Source: Octopus vulgaris (taxonomy: Eukaryota). From it: a DNA stretch of 64,000 bases. Each line of letters begins with the position of its first letter. Within the stretch, counting starts at the first letter, position 1. Both the position numbers and the translations under genes were made by a program. Shown here in pieces: positions 27,780 through 43,300 of the stretch. Location: contig OX597829.1 in assembly GCA_951406725.2 (NCBI GenBank), positions 35,836,001-35,900,000 on the forward strand, in the 5' to 3' direction. Below the pieces are notes generated by a model. That model saw only the letters and a program-made list of their open reading frames with translations, was not told the DNA's origin and searched no databases.

Positions 27780-29900
27780 TTGTTGGTTATGATGGAAAGT
27801 ATCAGCTGTCCACAGCCAGCAGACTAAGGTGACACTTGTTTATTGGTCATGCTTCAAGAACCTTGCGAGGAATTCTTGCAGTTCCAAGCAATGCTGATTT
27901 TTTAAGGTGTCCTACCTTCACACTTGCACCGATCTTTTTCAGCCACGTTGGTAGCTGAGTGCTCATAGTTCCAAGTGCACCGATTGCTATTGGTATCACT
28001 TTCACTCATATCATTGACCACAACCTTCGTATTTCCCACTTTAAATCGTCATAGTTGTTTATTTTTTCTTCTTCAATCACATTGATGCTATTGTCACCGG
28101 GGCACGTTATGGCGATAATCATACCATGTTCTTTGTTTTTTATTCACCACAACAATGTCCTGTTTGCTATGTCTGGTCAGGTGATAACACTAGATCATTA
28201 CATCTTCCAGGATTGTGCAGTTCTCATTTTCGGTGACTCCTTTTGGAGTTTGTTCATATCTTTGCTCTATGTAGGCCGTAATTTCCACAGAGCCCCGGTA
28301 GATCGTTCTTGCCACATTGTCATGGCGTTGTTTGTATTCGCGTTGTGCCAATTTCGGGCATTCGCTCACGATCTACCATACCGTTTCACCCCTCTCACTA
28401 CACATTCTGCATTTGTCGCTATCGGTAGTGTTGTCAATTCTGCACTTCATATAATTGATCCTTAACGCTTGTTCCTGAGCTGCGCATATGAGTGCTTTGG
28501 TCTCTATCTTCAGGTAACTCCTCCTCATCTATAGCCATCGGTCCTCTGTATCTGTCTTGGCGTTCACTTCTCTTGCAAACTGTCAATACAGTTTCCCTCC
28601 TTCGGTGCTTTTTCTTCTTTTTGTTTTTGTTCATTTCTTGTTAAAATTTTTCTTTAGTTACACAATTTTCAGTTTTGACGCCGACCTTCTTCGTGCGTTT
28701 CAACAGTGGTTCCACAGCATTTTTTATATACCACCCTAAGCTGTTTTCCTCTGCTTCGATACAGTCCTGTCAACTGATCAAATCTCTACCACCCTTTCTT
28801 CTGGACAAGTACAGCCTATCGATGTCACTCTTAAGGTGAAAGTCTTCGAGTACTTTCAACATTTTCTGGTCTTGGTATCCATTTTCTTCATTTCTCTCTT
28901 TCGCCATTTTATAATTCCCGCTCCATATCGAAGTGATAACATTAGTCTTCAGAAATACTCCATCCTCAGTTCCTCTTTCATTTCCTTATCCATTATCTCG
29001 TTGCACTTTAGAACACCAAAATATTTGTACCCTTCCGTTTCAATTTGCTTAATCAAATCTCTATTCGGTAATTCTGTCCCTGCTAGGGACTTACCTTGCT
29101 TCTTTTTAGATAGATTACTCCGCACTTCTTGAGTCCAAATTCCAAAACAGTGTATCGTGTTCACCTAGGGACGCACTTATGTCTCATCTTTGCCATACAG
29201 TCTCAAATCATTTATGAAGAGGAGGTTGTCGATTGTTTGGGATTTCTCCTTTAGTTGGCATCCCAGGTTAATTTTCCTGTGTACCAGGGTCAGGAGTATC
29301 ATGCAGAGAACGAAAAGCAACAAACATAGGCTGTCGCCCTGAAAAGCCCCAATTCTGATACCCAGGGTACCCAAAAGTTTTATAAGATATCAGTTCAGGT
29401 TTCCATCCTACCATACTTCTCTTCAGGAAAGACATTACATTCCTCGCAATTCCAAACAAATCTAAGACACGTCATGACTACACGTTTGATAAAGGCACAC
29501 TAGGCACATGCACAACAGCCATATGTGCGCGAAATGGCGATTTCATATCAAGATAAACAGCTCATGACCTTGCAGATGGGGTCCAGGTAGAATTGAATAA
29601 GATCTTTGAATAAGGTTTATTTAAGGATTTTGAACGAAACACCCATGTTTCCAGAGGTGAATTATTCAAACTCGAAAGAATTCCTCTCAATACATGGCTA
29701 TGAATGAACATATCATCAGCCACCATCGAACATGCTCAACTGGTTAAGGTCAAACAACTGACAAACAACTCTGTGGTATTGGGTAGAATATTTGCTGTAG
29801 CCCATCTTTTATACCAAGACAAAACATGTACATGATAACACTTCTAATCAGTGAAGATCAGAAGCCATGAGAACCACTGTCTGGTACTGCATCAGGACAT
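27780..29900 (-). mobile_element. Decayed Dong/R4-like non-LTR retrotransposon, RT to REL end, with probable 5' UTR piece at ~29520-29900
   Basis: Minus strand reads GAFQGDSLCLLLFVLCM..LLFINDLRLYGK (RT), YKYFGV, DIDRLYLSRKG, IAIGALGT and KSALLGTARI (REL terminus). Confidence 0.85.
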
Positions 29901-30310
29901 AACAATACTTAAACAAACCTTAGCATATACCCATAGGACATGCATTCGGTAGTGCTGTGAAAACACGTAATAAGAATAAAACTACTGAATAAGAATAATT
30001 GTCAGAGACTTTATTAATTGTTTTTCCTCACTATCGCATATTGTAAGTTAATTGTATTTCATTTTTCTTCATAATGTGTTTTTGGTGTTTCCTAGTGGAG
30101 AGTCTTTGGTATTATGCTGCAATTAAAACTCTCTATCTTTGAGCCCTGAGCTTTTCAGCCATTGTTGGTATTTTACTTGGTCTATTTCTTTTCTGCATAG
30201 CTTATCCCAGTATTTGCAATGAAAGGGCTTTCCTTGCTATCGTTTTATTATGGTGTTTTGTAGTTCGAGGTTTAGCCTAACAGTTTACTTGTTTTGCAGC
30301 TTTTGTTTCT

Positions 30311-30494
30311 TCATCATCATCATCATCATCTTCTTCTTCTTCTTCTTCTTCTTCTTCTTCTTCTTCTTCTTCTTCTTCTTCTTCTTCTTCTTCTTCTTCT
30401 TCTTCTTCTTCTTCTTCGTCTTCTTCTTCTTCTTCTTCTTCTTCTTCTTCGTCTTCTTCTTCTTCGTCTTCTTCTTCTTCTTCTTCTTCTTCTT

Positions 30495-30572
<78 letters not shown>

Positions 30573-30671
30573 GTCATTGTTATTGTTATTGTTGTTGTTG
30601 TTGTTATTGTTGTTGTTGTTGTTGTTCTTCTTCTTCTTCTTATTATTATTATTATTATGATTATGATTATG

Positions 30672-30705
<34 letters not shown>
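30311..30705. repeat. (TTC)n/(TTA)n/(TTG)n microsatellite
   Basis: Directly visible. Confidence 0.96.
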
Positions 30706-30707
<2 letters not shown>

Positions 30708-30899
30708 TTATTTTTTTTATTATTCGTTTTCAGGTATCATTTAGGCCTCATATCTTTTGACTTCCTCTCATGCTTTGTGGCTAATTGTATCAGTTTTCCT
30801 TGGTTCCTCTAACTCAGTCACCCAATGTTCTTGTTTATACTACAGAAGGAAATCTGATTTAATAATGTCAAAGAATTGTTTTGGCATTTCCTTAACGTT

Positions 30900-32480
30900 T
30901 AAGTAGAAAAGGTGTGTATCAGGGAATGTGATCTCTCACGCCTACAAGGTAAAGGTTGAAATAAAAGTTCTTTGGAGGTAAATGACTTATAATTTTCGTA
31001 TGGGAGTTTTCATTCTTATAAGAATTTATATGCCGTGGAGCAGCGCGGTTACTATACCTAGGCAGGATATACTATTGGAACTTAAAATGCTGTAGTGAAC
31101 ATGACAAATATTATTACGAGAATAGACAGCTTCGGAACGTTTACAGTTAAGATGTAGTTGAGTTATGGAAGCCTTAAGCTTAATACCTGGTAAATATGTT
31201 ATTTTATCTAAACATCCACTAGTAAGCAGGGTTTATTAAAAATTTAGAAGATAGAATAAAAATTGCAATAGCTATTTCACTCACTGTACTATTCAACACG
31301 AACCTATAGTGGTTAGATTTAATATTCATATACATCAAATATTTGCTATACTATACGAGGAATATAAAGAAGAGTTTGGGTCTAAGTGATATCGAGAGAA
31401 TTTGCGTTTTTGAGGCTGTTTTCGAAGGTAGTGGTGAGATTGAAGTTGGCGAATTTTTGTAAGGCTTTCCTCACCCATCACAAACCTGATTTAAAAACGG
31501 GGTATTTACTAGGATATTGTTACGATAGATCACATCCGATTTTCGAAAAATGTAAGCGAAGTTACTGAAGGAAGAACAATCCAAGTCAATGACAAATGGT
31601 GAGTTCTAGAATCCCATAGTTAAATCGAAAACATCGCTATTGGATACTCGTCACCAAGTCTTATTGCTGAAGAATATAAGAGCTTTTCTAGCTGTAAGTT
31701 TCTAAGTGTAAAAGATATGTGATTTTTCTCGCGAGGATCAGAGCTTTAGTTTAGCTAGATAAAAGAGATAGATGCATAATAATTATTAATGTCAAATCAT
31801 GACAGACTGGCTTATTACAGAAAAGATTGAACAAGCATTAACCTAAACTGTTTTATCAGAGATTGATCCAAATTTTTTCTCGTGTGTTAGTATAATAATG
31901 TCCAAAATATCCTTGCTAATACATCCTCTTTAGGATTTAGTAGGGCAAATAAGTCTGAGCGAGTGTTTGAAGTCAAAGTCTTCTTTGTGGTCCTTGAGGT
32001 TAAAATGGGGAGATTCGGTAGCATATGGTTAAGTTGTCTTTCACTTCCAGTTTCCAGACAAGTTCGCAGTGCTTGTGATTAATGTTACTTAGAACAGACC
32101 CAGTCGCACTTTTATAAGTTTTATTAATTTCGCTAATGATAAAGTTCCGTGGCACAAACTGCCGGTTCTATACGAGAAGACGTTCAAATTATGTGACTGC
32201 TTGATTTGGAGAACAATTCTTGGTAACTCGTTTCGGTCGGCATTTGTAAATTTAGGGCAGTTAATGTTCTTAATCTTATAAAATTGCTCGGATTCAAATT
32301 TGTCTCGTAAGTGGTTATGCAGAAGGTTTAAGGTATTGCTCCTGCTGATTACAATTACTTCCCAGGTAGCGTTTATGTTTTTAATGCTGCTGACTCTGCC
32401 AAAATGAATGGTACTGCCCAGATGTCGAAACAATAATGATATCCGTTTGGAGCTGATGACGAGAAGATATATTTATTATG
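30900..32480 (-). mobile_element. Second Penelope-like RT remnant
   Basis: Minus strand reads LKDHKEDF..LRLICPTKS..GCISKDILD, FDINNYYASIS, ARKALIF and VFDLTMG; same PLE type as 21230-23830 but more decayed. Confidence 0.7.
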
Positions 32481-33719
32481 CCTGTTTGTGAATTGTGAAT
32501 GTCTTAGTTTCGTTATCTTGAGTTGTCCTTCATTGTTGTAAAATGGAAAGTGTGGATGTGAGGAGATTATTTACATTGATACTGGTTGTTTTTCATCAAA
32601 AATAATATCATTAAGCTTAGATAATGCTTAGATATTGGTATTCAGTTTTGGGAGGTTCTCTGTCACACATATTTTCCATTCACAAAGAATAAGAATTTAC
32701 ATATTGTTAAACCTGTATTCGTAAAAGAAATTGCAACAAATTCGAAAGAAAAACAATCATTTGAATTCTTCTTCAATCAAACTGTTATTATTTCTGACAT
32801 AATATGCTGGAAATGGCGTGATGTTAGACTTCCTTTTAATATTGGCTAATTGAAGAAAATCATATTTTATAGCTAGAATTACTTGACATCGTTGAATTAA
32901 ATTAATTGTTAATTCAATTGTAATATGATATATATGAAGTGAAAGACGTTTTGAAGAAAACATCATCAGCAACAAAAAGAAAAATATACTCAGAAAGAGG
33001 CTGGTCGTTGATTTTGGAGTATAATGTAGACATTTCATTGGTGTGATATATGGAATAGGGAAGAACATACTGTGAATAGTATCAAGTAGAAGCTTTAATT
33101 ATTTAGAGTTGATACTAATATCAACTACGTGTTTCAATTACGGCAGTTTGAATTAACGATGCGGGCTGCATTCCTTTTCCATAAAAATAACGTCAGATGC
33201 CATTGCTTATGATGATTTAGCTGCATTTAACTATTGTTGAAAGCAGATCCGCGAGTACAAGCGATTATTTTGTAAGTTAATTGTATTTCTTACCTTAGAG
33301 CACCGGTTATTCTATGCTTTGTTTATGAGTTATCATAATAGTGAAACATGTGCAGATTTGTTGTATTACCAAAGACAAATTTCACTTCCTATTGCAATAT
33401 ATGTCTTAATTAATTTTAGATAATTCATATGAATGTGTATTTACTTCCTAACTCTCTTGATTAGGGTATTATAAATATAAGGATTAACATTTCTTGGTTC
33501 ATTCTGGTATACATGGCAGCAGCCGCTTCAGGTATAGCTGAAAAAAAGAAGAACCCAATTCAAATATATTAAATGAAGACTAAAGTCCTTTAAATGTGTC
33601 CCGACATAATTACAGTACTTTTAATCATATATGTTTCTAAGTAATTTATAATGTATTAATAGGATCTGTTGTTTGGTAATTCAGATTCTCCGTGCGTTAA
33701 ATATAATGCCATTGATATA

Positions 33720-33927
33720 TTGGTTTCAAAATTTGGTACAATTTCAGGGCAGGGATTAAATCGATTAAGTCGGGCCAAGAGCTCAACTGGTTCTTTTCTT
33801 ATTAACTCCGAAAGGCTGAAAGGCAAGTCGACCTCGGCGGTATTTGAACTCAGAACGTAAATGACGGACGAAATGCCGCTAAGCATTTTTCTCTAACGTG
33901 CTAACGATTTTGCCAGCTCGCCGCCTT
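33720..33927 (-). mobile_element. SINE family A copy
   Basis: GAAAGGCAAGTCGACCTCGGCGG..TTTGAACTCAGAACGTA..TGCCAGCTCGCCGCC. Confidence 0.85.
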
Positions 33928-34488
33928 ATGCATTGCTATAATAATCATCTGAACAAGAGCCTCCACATATTGTACCTTGATATTTCTATATACTAACAAG
34001 ATGAATCTAATCTATTTTATTACTAGAAATACTGTAACTGGACTGCAAACTTGCAGATTCCTTAGAGTTACAGCATTTGTTCCAACTCTCTGAGTTCTGA
34101 TTTCAGCTCCCACCGAGATCAACTTTGCCTTTAATCTATGCAGGGTCGATAAAAAAAGAAGTGGCAGAAATGGCAATCCAAAGCGATGCATCGACGGTTA
34201 AATCCCATCATGGCCTAGTTCAATGATAAATTTAATCCGTCGCTCAGTTTAACACGACTAATTGATACCTTTCTGCTTGAGTAGGTCTATTTCCTTTCTT
34301 CTCGCGTGTCACGGAAGCCCTGTAAAGCAGCACAGACACTGCCTTTCCTCCTGTCTAAAAGATAAAATGAAACTGGCGACAGAGAGAACAGAAAAATTAA
34401 GGAAAACACCCATTAATATGAACCAGACTTACCAATATGAATCAGGTTCCTTTGATAGATTTTGAATTTGTGAAACGTATTTAATATC

Positions 34489-34723
34489 TATTTCTTTACT
34501 AACCACAAGGGGCTAAACACAGAGGAGACAAACAAGGACAGACAAACGGATTAAGTCGATTACACCGACCCCAGTGCGTAACTGCTACTTAATTTATCGA
34601 CCCCGAAAGGATGAAAGGCAAAGTCGACCACGGCGGAATTTGAACTCAGAGCGTAACGGCAGACGTAAATACTGCTATGCATTTCGCCCGTGCTGCTAAC
34701 GATTCTGCCAGCACGACGCCTTA
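34489..34723 (-). mobile_element. SINE family A, full length, with 16-bp target-site duplication
   Basis: AAACGTATTTAATATC at 34473-34488 and 34724-34739. Confidence 0.93.
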
Positions 34724-36639
34724 AAACGTATTTAATATCACCAAAGAATTTTAAGTGACGGTTTATACCATATTGTATTCTGATGTTAAGTAAGGTTGAA
34801 CCTGGTTCCCACTCCTGCATCAATTAATAATCGGGAAAACAAGATATAGGCGTCTTTTGCATGAACACATATGAAGCAACAGAGTGACACAAGGGTTATT
34901 GGACCTAAACAAATTTCAAAAGTATTCACTTCTGTTCTGTTTGATTTGAATCAAAGTGCATCGACTAAATCTCTGTGATCAATAAGATACATACAACTCT
35001 TATACCGGGTCTGTTGTTCGTTAACTAAAACGGTTTTCGTATATAATAAATCTTTTATATTTTGAGCTTAAATTCTACAATTCTACAATTCTTCTCAGAT
35101 CCCTAAAATATGTACAACTACTGGATACGTCATAAAAACATGTCTTGTATCCATGTTAGATTTCATGACATATTTGTCAAAATGACTCATGTATATGGAA
35201 TTTGAAGTTCAAATATGTATCCAAGTCGTTGCTTTTCACCTACATCTCTTATTCTGGACACAGGTATGGTTGTGCAATTAAGATGTTCGCTTAGTTATTA
35301 TATTATTTTAAATTTGCTTCTGACGCTTTGCACTTAGGAAGAGTGTTTTCCACTATAATCGCGAGTTGACAAAATCATTATGGTGGACAAAAACTATATA
35401 GCATCGGGTAGAGATTGCATTCCAGTTCTATGGCGATTGGTCTCATCTGCCACCTTCTCGAACAACACCATGCGGCTACTGGTTAATTTAAGTGGATTGA
35501 ACTCCGCTGAAAGTATATGAAACAATTCTCCAAATTGAAGTCAACTTCTTTTCAAGGTCCTCACAGTCAGGAGCAATTTAGAAGTCGTCACTGGGTGCCA
35601 ATCTTCAATCATCAGACCGAATCATTGAATATGTGTTCAGCTCCAAGATAATTTGACTTTAAAACATTTTGGAATCTTAAATCTGCTTATCCAATAAGAT
35701 TTGTTTACAGTAAAATTATTGTCGAAATACTAGCAAACTTTTAATTGACAGTTTGTATGGCGTTACTAATTAATTATTTCAGGGACATCTCAGGTTCACT
35801 GGGCGATCACTTAATTCACATTTCTCTGATGTGTTGTTTAGATCCACCTCAGACTTGATCAAGTATACCTTCAATCTCATTGTTTTAAATGCATGTAGGT
35901 CTACGTCAGTTAATGTCTCATTTCCTTTTCTCCAAATCAGTACGTTAGCTAGCACTTATGTCAGCGTTTATAGCAGGTCGATCGACTACATAGTGATTCC
36001 CCTTATTCGTTTTGATGTTCATTCCATGCACGCCACTTCTCTCTTAGAAGCTTAGTAGTAGGCAATTTCCCTTCAAGATTAATTAAAAGTCAGACATTAA
36101 TTGTTACTTCGTCGACTCTCCATACAACGATGTAGTCCCTCGACCTGCTTCTAGCAGCCGAAATTTCATCAAAGAAATCATCATCGCTTTAAAATTAAGA
36201 ACAAAACGCTGGATAATAACACAGTCGTAGTACACAATATCTATGGAAAAGTGTAAGCGTTCTTGAGCCACTTTTGATCATTCCTCCGGTAAGACCTAAA
36301 AGCTAAACAATTATTTTGAATTGGGATATCAAGCCAAATCTATTATATATTTAAATTTAAATGTCTTTGCCCGATATACACTTCAGCATCGTCTACAGTA
36401 TTTGAACTTACTCCTCTTTTGAGTAGTTGTCAAATATATTATAAACACATCTTATATATTTATTAGCAAAGGAGTGAGGATTAATAATTTGGAAATACAA
36501 TTTGGCAGATGGAAATTGTACAGAAACGTATTTCAAAGTCGTTACTAAAAAAGAAAAAAAATTAAACACCACCAAATTTCGTAAACAAAGATTTGAGAAT
36601 AATTTAGTTTATACAAATTAGAAGGCCAATGCCAAGTAA

Positions 36640-37030
36640 TATTGGTTTCAGATTTTGGCACAAAACCAGCAAATGCAGGGGACGGGGTTAGTTGAATGTT
36701 ACTTATTTTATCGACCACAAAAGGAAGGAAGACAAAGCCAACCTTGGCGGAATTTAAAGTTAGAACTTAAAAACTGACGAAATGCCGCTAAGCATTTTGT
36801 CCGGTGCGATATATATTTTGACTGTACGCAGCCAAGTAATACTGAGTTCAAATTTTTGCACCAGGCCAGTAATTTAGGAGGAGGGGTGAATTGATTACAT
36901 CGATCACAGTGATCAACTGGTACTTCTTTTATCGACACCGAAAGAATGAAAGGCAAAGTCAATGTAGGCGGAATTTGAAGCTGGAGCGTAAAGACGGACG
37001 AAATGCCTTTAAGCATTTTGACCGGCATGT
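36640..37030 (-). mobile_element. Two adjacent diverged SINE family A copies
   Basis: Two successive TTTATCGAC..GAAAG..GGCGGAATTT..GACGAAATGCC blocks. Confidence 0.75.
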
Positions 37031-37493
37031 GTACCGATCGATAAAAATAAAGAGTAGAACTGTTGTTGTGTAGCCTTAACAGTACTAAACCAAAATATAT
37101 CTGAACACTGCCGAACATTGTAGTCCTGTTTCAGAGTTTCTGCGACTCGAACTGAAAACTGGGAAAAAAAATCTACTCCAAGCAAAGAAAAACAGTAAAA
37201 GCTTAAGTCTATAGTTCATCTATTGATTTATTGATCTATAAAAGCCGATCCAAAGGGAAAAAGAACGAATAAACGATTTGGATGATTGAATAAATAAATA
37301 AAATATTGAACAGACACTTGTAAATGTTATCAATAGCCACAGTTACAATCGATATCCGTTTGTTATATTTTTATCTCGGTGATGTAAAAATATTTCTTTG
37401 TGTAATTTAGTATAAATAAAATGCAACTACATACATCCACACACGCATACACATCCCCCCCGCCAACATATATATATAGTATATACATGTGTG

Positions 37494-37549
<56 letters not shown>

Positions 37550-37564
37550 TATACATATATACAG

Positions 37565-37670
<106 letters not shown>

Positions 37671-38743
37671 TTGTACGTAAAAGAAAACAAAAAATATTTA
37701 ACTCACTTCAGCTAAACATCTGAATCAAAAATGAACGTCAACAATTTACCATTATAAAGGTTTCTTTTTTAAATTTCAGTCTGATTAATTCAATATTTTA
37801 TCATTGTATGTACGTTTACGTTGTAGTATATCTGTATGCATGTTTGTATGTGTGTAACTATCATTATTAATTAGGATATAACCTATTACCTTTCTAGACA
37901 TTCTGCTGAATAAGATGCGGTTGATATTCATTTAAGGTTTCTGTAACGTAGTCGGGGAAATTAATCGCTGGTGAGGACACACTCATTGGATAATGATGCT
38001 GCAAATGCACTATTTTAAGGAAGAAAACGGTATGATGAAGCTGGTGTATGTTCTTGCTTGGGCCTAATCTGGGGCTAAACAATATTTTGAAACGATAGGC
38101 TAATAGAAATCGAGATAAAGTATAGAGTACAATGTAGCTCAGAGAGAAGACTAGGAGCGGTCTGATAGAAACGAAAAATGTGTCTGTTAGAGTTCATAAG
38201 TGGTTAGTATTTTGGATGAGAGATAACTTACATACCATGGAATATAAAATGGTATCTTTCATGGCAGTCATTTTTCAGGTAGTTAATAGCAGTTGGTGTG
38301 ATAGAATATCTCAGATGTTGACACTAGAGATCAGCTAATTGTTTGCAGGTAGTATAGCATGGTTACAACATATTGACTTGGTTGTTTGGAAATTGTAGCC
38401 TTTGGTTGTGTACGATATATGCGTTGGTGGTTACCGGATAGTTGTTGCCATCAACATGCATCTAACGGATTACCCAGAAGCATTTGCTTCCAAGTGTAGT
38501 CGTCATACAGTTAGCGAGGACTTAACAAGTTAACTAACATTAAGTACCAGATGGTTCAGAATAGAGTAAAGTTACGAAAGGGGTCAGCATATTTGGAGAA
38601 CCTGTGTATTGATCAAGAGAAGACATTAACTGGTGCAGACATTTCAGTGTAACAAACTATTCACCCTCTGAATCAGTGATGTCTGAAAGTACCAAAAATG
38701 TTGTGTACAATGATGTCACCAACAAGGGTGACTTTAGAGTGTG

Positions 38744-38803
<60 letters not shown>

Positions 38804-40784
38804 AAATGTAAATGCTTCTAGACATCATCGATGGTTATTCCAGCTTTCTGATCAACAGAACTACTTCCTCATTGTATTAAAATATAAATGAATGATTTTC
38901 CACAGGAGCTTCTAACTGAGACGTAATAAACAGGCAAAATCAACACCAAAGTGTATTACAAAACTGGTTCTTTGAATTATTACGTAGAGTCCATCTGATT
39001 GCTTTCTTCGAAATTTTACCGTTCGAAATAACAAATTTCCCAATTTCTTCCATTGAGTTGTGGTGCACAAACCTTGATCCAAGGTTTATAAGACGTGTTG
39101 CTACTAGCATAGACGGACTCTTATTTAAAATATTTTGGCTCCTGTTCAAAAGTTCCAAACTCTGTTCCATATCTTTCTTGAGTATATCAACAGCTATAAT
39201 ATCGTCATAGCAGGGTCAGGGAGTTTGCCCCTCAACACGTAAACATAAATATGCATTTAACCTTGACATTGCTATAATTTTCCAATTGTTTTCCAAACTG
39301 TTATATATTAACTGCTGCATAATTTCTTGAAATACAATAAGCTTCTTCGACATTACGCCTTCCGATATGCACCAACTTCGGAGCACTAATTCCATTTTGG
39401 TAAGAGCGCCTACAAATAAACTTCTTGACCTACCTATAGGGGTCAAGATTGTTGGGTTTACTAGTCATCACATACATGGACGAACTTGAACGCAGAGCAC
39501 TTACTATATTCCAGGCTTGTCATTCCTCTTCTCGATGTACCGATGATTACTCATGTTTACTTCTTGCAAGATGCATATAAGATAACTAACTCATTTACTG
39601 GAGAACCGTCTCGAGTTCAAAATAGAAAAAGAAATTCCAATGATACTGGATCTCACTCACCCACTCTCATTCTCTCATTGGCTCTCATTCTCTCTCTCAC
39701 TCGCTCTCTCTCTCACCCTCTCTCCCAGACACTCTCACTTTTTTCCGCCCTCTCTCTCTTTCTCTCTGTGCTTGATTTCAACTCAGGATCACAGGAGATG
39801 GATTTATTAAGATCAAATCCCTCTGGAAAGTAGCCAACCAGAATCAGTTCCTACACTACAGAGAAACTGTGGCGACCTGTGCCAAAGAAGACTAATTACA
39901 GAATGAAATCTCACCTATAAATTACAGATGAAGTAAAGCAGTGGATGACATAACCGCCAACACCAAGCACTTCTAAATAGTGGTAATTGATAATGGCTAT
40001 CCAGAATCCTAGGAGGTTCACATCTTCAGTAACAAGTGACTGTTGTCACAGGCCTTGAAGTTCGCAGAATGATCTGTAGAGAGGTATTGAATATACTGCT
40101 AGCACACTCTAAGCTTTCTATGAAACGATACCTGTCTAGAAATAGGCTTATGCAAGGCATTAATGTATGTATGCACATTAGCTAACTGCTTAATCAATAA
40201 TGCAGATATGTGTTTATGGGTTGACATGAACTGCGGTATATCATGCAATTTATGTGACAGAATTAACGTCGCAAGCACATTTTTACAAAATACACATTTA
40301 TTATTAAAGACCACATTCTTCGGTTAAAATACTTGCCACAATCAGTATGTAATGGTTCCCACCAAAGATACAGAAAAGAATATTGAAAATGTGAAGATTA
40401 AGGACGATTAATAATTTTTAAAATGTCCTTTTCCATCAGTAACAGACATGATGGTGTGCAGCGCTAATAAGTTACTAAAACACCACCAGTTGCATATGTC
40501 GTACAGATCAAAACGAAGCTCATAATTGTTATCTTCTTAAATGTGTTTAAGAGTCGAAATACGGAATTGCATTGTAAAAGTTTAAAACTTTGTTTCTATT
40601 TCACTATTATTTCCCGCCTGTATTTTCAACAAGCATTATAACGGCTTTCTTTAACACACATTTTAACAATACACACATACCCAAAGACACATAGACATGT
40701 ATATATATATAACCATATGTAGGGGGTAATAAATATGTGCAGAAAGCTGTTTGCCTATTTTGCAAAAATCTTATTGCAAGGGGC

Positions 40785-40820
<36 letters not shown>

Positions 40821-40905
40821 GTCATGGGCGTGTATCAAAAAGAAAGACAGTAGTAAAAGAGAGCAAATAAGATTTTGGGAAAGTCGGGCATTATTAGAAT
40901 CTACA

Positions 40906-41688
<783 letters not shown>

Positions 41689-41689
41689 T

Positions 41690-42100
41690 AGCTTCCAATT
41701 TTGGCACAATGCCAGCAATTTCGGAGCTGGGGGTAAGGTGATTACATCGATCTCAGTGCGCAAGTAGTTCTTATGTTATCGACCTCGAAAGGATAACATC
41801 CAAAGTCAATCTTGGCGGTATTTGAAATCAAGAACGTAAAGACAGAAAATGCTGCTAAGCATTAAGCCCAGCTTGCTAACGAATTTGCAAAGTCACTGCC
41901 TTGGAAGTAATGGTTTCGAGATTTTGGGGGACCCGGTGAGCTCATAATATTCATCCCGATGTTTAACTGGTACTTATTTTATCGACCCCAAAAGAATGCA
42001 AGTCGACCGCGGAGGAATTTGAATTCAGAACGTACAGACGGACGGAATTCGGCTAAGCATTTGGTCCGTCTTGCTAACGATTCGGCCCTCTCGCCGCCTT
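41690..42100 (-). mobile_element. Two adjacent diverged SINE family A copies
   Basis: Two successive ATCGACC..GAAAG..GAATTTGA..GCTAAGCAT..GCTAACGA blocks. Confidence 0.75.
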
Positions 42101-42599
42101 CGCTGCCTTGATGTTAATAGTAATATATCAACAACACAAAGCTCAACGATGAAACTAACAAGATAATGGGCAACAATAAATAACTTATTAAGATAATATC
42201 AACTCGTTTGTATACTTTCACTGCAAGAAAACACCACAAATGCTTCTTCCTCCTTAATGCCATGTCTTCCATGTTTTACTCACATATTGTTTACTATGTT
42301 AACGTTTTAGGAAACAACAACAAAAATAATCTCATAGTATTCCTATACCTGATTAATTGTTGGTCGAAAAGAACTCAAATACCATGACAAGTTAAAAATA
42401 CCAGATATTTAATAAAATAATTTTTTAAATAATTTTTATCCTAAAGTATAAATTAATATTCACTTGTCATATAAAAGAACTGAAACTATTTCAAACATTA
42501 GTATTACGGTATTTGGTCGTTTTTCTAATTGAGACTTCGAAATATTCTTTATTATGGATAAGTTATCAAAAGCGACAATATACAATTTCAGCATACAAG

Positions 42600-43300
42600 A
42601 GAATACCTTAAATGCACTGCAAAACCTTCAGCACAATAACAAATTATCCAATCCTTTCGATCTCCAACGCTAGGTATGAGCTTTTCGACATAACTACATA
42701 AGTCAGCAATGTGCGTGGGAAAGGGTATTTTGGTAGCACTGATTGACCTGGGTTGGGTCGAGGGTTCTCTAAGCAAGATATCCAAAATCTGAGAATGTCA
42801 TCACCACTAGACCTCTCTGGAATGCAGAGTTAATTGAGTTAATTAAGTTAGCACTCAATATTGATTTTCGCTACACTCAGAGCGGTAGCCTCGCCAAAGA
42901 GACGAGATATTGAAAAACGTGCGTGAGAAACGTGACCAAATCAGCTCATCATCGTCAGGGAACAGATGCAAGGCTTTTAATCTCAGTGCGCGACTGCGCT
43001 TTTCAATCTCTACACACTAATGATGCAATGTAGAGTGGGTTGGAAGTAGGCGAAAGGCCAAAGTAGTGGAAAACATAATTTCAACAAAAAGAATAGAAGG
43101 TATACACTCCAGTTTGGACAGATGCAAACTAACATTTTCCACATAAGTTAGGCGATAACTAATAACGGAAGGCATTTGCCAATTCTGTCCAAACTTTTCT
43201 GGGCACCTTCCTTTACTCCAATTCTGTTAGATTGAGCAAACTACCAATAATCTAGCTACAATTCTTATTCTCCTGGAGATCAGTCTAAACCAGATCCTAA
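42600..43300 (-). mobile_element. Possible Helitron PIF1-helicase remnant
   Basis: Minus strand reads ASVQTGV and EKRSRALRLKALHLFPDDDE, resembling PIF1 motif Ia (ASTG) and Walker B (IIDE); very degenerate. Confidence 0.35.

Noticed and set aside
29840-29900. HDV-like ribozyme at the putative 5' end of the Dong/R4-like element
   Set aside because: The nested double pseudoknot could not be assembled by eye; it would need an RNArobo or Infernal search.
32945-32975. CTGATGA on the minus strand followed by AAAACGTC as a hammerhead
   Set aside because: There is no GAAA and no credible stem I or II; other CTGANGA hits (e.g. 13683, 27222, 45440, 50577) also lack stems.
38300-39450. Minus-strand ORF pieces vaguely like LTR-element gag
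   Set aside because: No diagnostic motif could be read with confidence.
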